31,510 nt of DNA from a bacterium (GTDB lineage: Bacteria; UBP14; UBA6098; JBAMLU01): positions 1 through 31,510 of the forward strand of contig JBAMLU010000055.1 in assembly GCA_039793385.1 (NCBI GenBank), in the 5' to 3' direction. A program made the translations under genes and the position numbers. Every line of letters starts with the position of its first letter. Within the stretch, counting starts at the first letter, position 1. The notes under the pieces are model-generated. The model searched no databases. It was not told the origin of the DNA and saw only the letters and a program-made list of their open reading frames with translations. This document shows, piece after piece, positions 27,464 through 31,510 of the stretch.

Positions 27464-28327
27464 ATGAGCGGCATTATCTTCGCTATTGGCGAATCTTTAA
27501 GAGGATTTACGAGAAGATGGTTTATAACATTTTTGACTATCACCACGGTTTCGGTTGGGCTTGCAGTTTTCGCTTTGTTCCTCTTCTTAACATTGAATTT
27601 CCAAATATGGTTCGAACGGATCGGCGGAAGAATTGATCTCGAGTTATACATTGATGAAACAATAAACAATGATGCTTATATGGAATTAATTAATAGGGTG
27701 AAACAGATTGATGGTATTGAGGATGTGGAGTATATTTCGAGTGATGAAGCGAAACGAAGATACATAGAGAATTTTGGCAAAGAGATATTTGAGGGACTTG
27801 ATTTCAATCCGCTTCCACCATCATTGAGGATTAAGCTTAAAAAAGGAGAGGAGAATCCTCAAAATATAAAGGAATTATCCGAGAAACTAAGCCAGATTCC
27901 TGGCGTAAAGGATATAAGCATTGAAATGCGAATAATCAGGCGGATACACAATATGCTCAGGTTATTCTGGATAATTGTTATTGTCGGTGGAGCAATTCTT
28001 TTTACAGCTGTTGTCCTTATTATAGTCAACACGATAAAACTTGCTATATTCTCGCGGCGCGAGGAAATCGAGCTTATGAGACTTATTGGCGCAACTAAGG
28101 CTTTTATAAGAAGACCATTTCTTTTTGAAGGTATTATTCAAGGGCTTATTGCTGGAATAGTTGCTGGAGGATTTGTGAGGCTTCTTGCGTGGGCGCTTGA
28201 AAAGCTTTTCCCTGGAACAATACAAAATCTTGATACTATTCCGATTATAATCGTAATTCTCGGCGGCTTGCTCGGTGGAATTGGTTCTATACTTGCGCTG
28301 AAAAGATTTTTAATGATAAGCCTTTGA
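27464..28327 (+). CDS. ftsX: Cell division permease FtsX
   Basis: One plus three TM topology; FNPLPPSL; NTIKLAIFSRREEIELMRLIGATKAFIRRPFLFEG. Confidence 0.93.
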   Translation: MSGIIFAIGESLRGFTRRWFITFLTITTVSVGLAVFALFLFLTLNFQIWFERIGGRIDLELYIDETINNDAYMELINRVKQIDGIEDVEYISSDEAKRRYIENFGKEIFEGLDFNPLPPSLRIKLKKGEENPQNIKELSEKLSQIPGVKDISIEMRIIRRIHNMLRLFWIIVIVGGAILFTAVVLIIVNTIKLAIFSRREEIELMRLIGATKAFIRRPFLFEGIIQGLIAGIVAGGFVRLLAWALEKLFPGTIQNLDTIPIIIVILGGLLGGIGSILALKRFLMISL

Positions 28328-28339
28328 GTGATTGTTTAA

Positions 28340-29794
28340 TCAGAACCAGCGTATTGTTATGACCTTTTTGTCTGTATAGAAATCGATACATTCGCTTCCG
28401 TGAGCCTTGATATCACCAAAGAAAGATTGCCTTGAGCCACCAAATGGGAAAAACGCCATAGGTGCAGCAATACCAATATTAATTCCGCACATATTTGCTG
28501 GAAGCCTATATGCAAATTCACGAGCCCATTTACCACTTGATGTAAATATGCTTCCGGCATTTGCATAAGGGCAGCTTTCGATGAGTTCCATTGCGCTTTC
28601 AAAATCTTTCGCCCTAAGAATCCCGAAAACGGGTCCGAATATCTCCTCTTTCGCAATCCTCATCTCAGGACTAACATCAGCAAAAATCGTAGGACCTATA
28701 TAATACCCATTAGGATAATCCTCTACCTTTATATTTCTTCCATCAAGAACGAGTTTTGCGCCCTCTTTAATGCCGAGCTCAATATACATAACTACCCTCT
28801 CGAGAGCCTTTTTTGAGGATACAGGACCCATTTGGGTTTTCGGATCAAGTGCGTTGCCAACCTTGATTTGTTTGGCTTTTTCAACAACGGATTCAACCAA
28901 TTTGTCATAGATATCGCCTACAGCGACTATATTGCTGCCCGCAAGGCATCTTTGCCCGGCACAACCAAAACAAGAGCCCATTAGTGCTGAAGAAGTTGCC
29001 TTAAGCTCAGCGTCTGGCATAACGATTATAAAATTCTTCGCCCCCCCAAGTGCCTGAACTCGCTTGCCATATCTCCCGCACTCGGAATAGATATACTTTG
29101 CCGTTGGCGTTGACCCAACAAAGGATATTCCGGCGATATCGGGATGCTGAAGGAGGGCGTTTACGGTTTCTTTCCCGCCGTTAACAAGATTAACCACACC
29201 AGGTGGTAGGTTCAGTTCATCGAGCATCTCAAAGACAAGTTGTTGAGAAAGTGGCACCTGTTCCGATGGTTTTACGATGAAAGTATTTCCGGTGGCGATT
29301 GCTGGTGGCAGAAACCAAAGCGGAACCATAAACGGAAAATTGAACGGGCATATCGCAGCAAATACTCCTATTGGCTGCCTGAATACGACACAATCTATTC
29401 CAGCTGAGATGTCCTCGAGTGTTCTGCCTTGCATAAGGGATGTTATTCCTGTGGTAACCTCAACAACCTCAATAGCCCTTCTAACCTCACCCCGGCTCTC
29501 GTCAAGCGTTTTCCCAACCTCCTCAGAGCACACTCGCGCACATTCCTCAAACCTCTCCTCAAGTATATATTTGAACTTGAACATGTACCTTGCTCTTGTT
29601 AAAGGTGGTGTTGTTCGCCACTCAAAAAACGCCTCCTTTGCCGATTTAACCGCACAATCAACATCCTCCGCCGATGAAAACACAGTCTCGCCAATCTTTT
29701 CCCCGGTTGATGGGTTTATAACATCGAACCTATCCCTTCCACTTCCTTCCCTCCACTCCCCATTAATATAGTTCCTTGTAATTTTTACACCCAT
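28340..29794 (-). CDS. mmsA: CoA-acylating methylmalonate/malonate-semialdehyde dehydrogenase
   Basis: PFNFPFMVPLW; KPSEQVP; SFVGST; RVQALGGAKN (no catalytic Glu, typical of CoA-dependent MMSDH); FGCAGQRC; EEIFGP. Start moved from 29815 to ATG 29794, which follows GAGGAG. Confidence 0.92.
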   Translation of the reverse strand: MGVKITRNYINGEWREGSGRDRFDVINPSTGEKIGETVFSSAEDVDCAVKSAKEAFFEWRTTPPLTRARYMFKFKYILEERFEECARVCSEEVGKTLDESRGEVRRAIEVVEVTTGITSLMQGRTLEDISAGIDCVVFRQPIGVFAAICPFNFPFMVPLWFLPPAIATGNTFIVKPSEQVPLSQQLVFEMLDELNLPPGVVNLVNGGKETVNALLQHPDIAGISFVGSTPTAKYIYSECGRYGKRVQALGGAKNFIIVMPDAELKATSSALMGSCFGCAGQRCLAGSNIVAVGDIYDKLVESVVEKAKQIKVGNALDPKTQMGPVSSKKALERVVMYIELGIKEGAKLVLDGRNIKVEDYPNGYYIGPTIFADVSPEMRIAKEEIFGPVFGILRAKDFESAMELIESCPYANAGSIFTSSGKWAREFAYRLPANMCGINIGIAAPMAFFPFGGSRQSFFGDIKAHGSECIDFYTDKKVITIRWF

Positions 29795-29811
29795 TTTTTT
29801 CTCCTCTCCAA

Positions 29812-31510
29812 TCATTTCAGATACATCAGCCTCGCTTTCAAAGTTTCATTTTTTGATGTTAACCTAAGAAAATATAAACCTGATGATAAATTTCCCGCAG
29901 GAAACCAGGTAAATTCCCCAGAATCAATAATATTCGTATATACTTTTTCACCATTGATATTATATACAGCAAGTTCAAATTTTTCATTGTTTATGTTGCG
30001 GAAACGGATTGTTACTGAATTATTAAAAGGATTGGGATAGATTTTCAATCCATCTTCAGCCTTAAATGCTACTTCGTTTTCTATATTCAAAGGATTATAA
30101 ACAGAGATTCTCCATTGCACTCCTGCGTTGTTGCTGTAAGGATTATTATCTGAAACTATTACCTTTAATGTATAGAATCCGATTTCACTTATAGTGGGGC
30201 TAAAAGTGAAACTATTCGAATTACTAACAGAACTTTCATTGAGGAGCCAGGAGTAAGTTATCGGGTCACCATCTGGGTCTGATGATGTTATTGAAAATTC
30301 TACCGAACCACCGACCGGAATTCTGACAAAAACAGTATCTGGTGTCTGCGAGAGTATGCTTGGTGCCCTATTTCCAATTCTTGCCTCGACAATACGATAA
30401 GCATAATCGAGCTTTCCCAGCGGGTTCGTGAGTTTCAAACCTATAAGATGGAATCCCTCTTCAGCCGGTGTAAACCCTATATTTGAGCCAGTACCATCAT
30501 CGAAATCTCCATCCATATCGGTATCCCATTCGAACACAGCTGCGGTATATCTGCTGTTTGTGTCATTAGCGGTAAGTGTTATAGACGAGCCTAATGTTAC
30601 AATTGAATCCCCGAGGATTACTCCGTATGGTTCGGTTTCTGGGCTTCCTCTTCCATTATCAACATCATACGGTGAACTCAAACTATCCACAACTTCCTGA
30701 GCATCTGCTATAATTGTGTCAAATATCGCTGCGTTAGTTATGAAAGAATTCTTGAGCCACTCGAGGAAATCGGTGTACTGACCGCTTATTACATATGTAG
30801 TATCGATCGAGAGAATCCTGTTTCGGATAGTATCTTGCATTGCTGGAGATATTCCGTAATATTCGAATTGAGATAGCTCGGTTGGTGTAAATCCCGCAAG
30901 TAGAAGTCGGTTCTTGACAGATTGAATTAGCGCTCTTGAGATTGTAATATCAAGCCCATTTGAGCTTATGTAAGAGCGAAGAGAATCGGTATAAGATGCG
31001 GTAAGAAGGTTCAGTTGTTTGAGAAGGCGTGAGTATTTTATTATGCTTTTTGCCTGTGTCCTTTTTGATAAAGCCTCGCCATCATTTATTGCGCCCTGGT
31101 ATTTTTCGAGCGTGTGGAGAAAAGCATCTAAAGCGGAGTTCTGGAAAGAGATGAGATTTGTGAACTTGCAATGCAACTGACATATTCTATCATCAATAGA
31201 AGCGGGGTAGAATGTTGTAGGTTGGATTGGATATGGATACACATGTGCAGTGTCTGGTGGGTCTAATGCTATTCCAGCGTAATGAGCCTGTTGCGCAGCA
31301 AGAAGCCCTTCAATTATGGGTTGACCAAGATTAACAACGGCATCATTATACGAGAGTGGTATTCCTAATATCATACCTGCGGCGTTGATACACCCGATAA
31401 AAACGCCATCTGTCCAGAATGAAAGAGCTACTCCAAGAGCTGATGATGCAAAAAGTCCGAGAGCGAAAGTTCTTGAGGCGTTAGCTATAGCTAAGGATTC
31501 CTGGGCTGCC
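29812..31510 (-). CDS. Secreted multidomain protein, 5'-truncated: helical region, PKD-like and cadherin/Ig-like domains, T9SS type A C-terminal sorting domain
   Basis: The frame is open from the window edge (45 more codons upstream of the ORF-track ATG 31374, no stop). WDTDMDGDFDDG; NRAP...SDPDGDPITYSW; C-terminal KIYPNPFN..VTI.....VYNINGEKV.....LSSGLYFLRL.......LMYLK. Confidence 0.85.
   Translation of the reverse strand, partial: AAQESLAIANASRTFALGLFASSALGVALSFWTDGVFIGCINAAGMILGIPLSYNDAVVNLGQPIIEGLLAAQQAHYAGIALDPPDTAHVYPYPIQPTTFYPASIDDRICQLHCKFTNLISFQNSALDAFLHTLEKYQGAINDGEALSKRTQAKSIIKYSRLLKQLNLLTASYTDSLRSYISSNGLDITISRALIQSVKNRLLLAGFTPTELSQFEYYGISPAMQDTIRNRILSIDTTYVISGQYTDFLEWLKNSFITNAAIFDTIIADAQEVVDSLSSPYDVDNGRGSPETEPYGVILGDSIVTLGSSITLTANDTNSRYTAAVFEWDTDMDGDFDDGTGSNIGFTPAEEGFHLIGLKLTNPLGKLDYAYRIVEARIGNRAPSILSQTPDTVFVRIPVGGSVEFSITSSDPDGDPITYSWLLNESSVSNSNSFTFSPTISEIGFYTLKVIVSDNNPYSNNAGVQWRISVYNPLNIENEVAFKAEDGLKIYPNPFNNSVTIRFRNINNEKFELAVYNINGEKVYTNIIDSGEFTWFPAGNLSSGLYFLRLTSKNETLKARLMYLK

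Noticed and set aside
272-30700. The many short or antisense ORFs in the track (e.g. 7120-7602, 16582-17070, 20181-20777, 29277-29771)
   Set aside because: They lie on or opposite well-supported genes, lack SD sites and recognisable motifs, and behave as shadow ORFs.

Overview
Gene-dense bacterial chromosomal window (standard code: TGA is used as a stop in several ATGA overlaps), with no mobile element, CRISPR array or rRNA detected. Left to right: (1) the delta, alpha and beta subunits of a 2-oxoacid:ferredoxin oxidoreductase (porD-A-B; the gamma subunit probably lies left of the window); (2) a convergent tRNA-Ser(GCT) with a clear sigma70-type promoter; (3) a seven-gene + strand run: TolB-like propeller/LytR_C lipoprotein, YtxH, a YtxG/DUF948-like protein, a Cys-rich protein, ddl, ssb and a CaCA Na+/Ca2+ antiporter; (4) a 16.8-kb, 16-gene, tightly coupled - strand run (24585 to 7769): response regulator, DegP, GldA/F/G-like ABC system, four-repeat DUF4340 protein, BatD-like protein, MoxR, DUF58, TPR-foldase, second BatD-like protein, BatA-E; (5) a divergent LtaS-family gene followed by ftsE-ftsX; (6) mmsA and a secreted protein with a T9SS-type C-terminal sorting domain, truncated at the right edge. 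The Bat cluster, Gld-like ABC system and T9SS-type tail together suggest an FCB-group lineage, possibly a candidate phylum (inference). The best candidate for an undescribed system is the 16-gene envelope protein-handling operon. Its modules are individually known, but here they are joined to a PPIase-less TPR foldase and three membrane proteins that share a homologous cytoplasmic tail. All family assignments come from motif recognition, not database searches.
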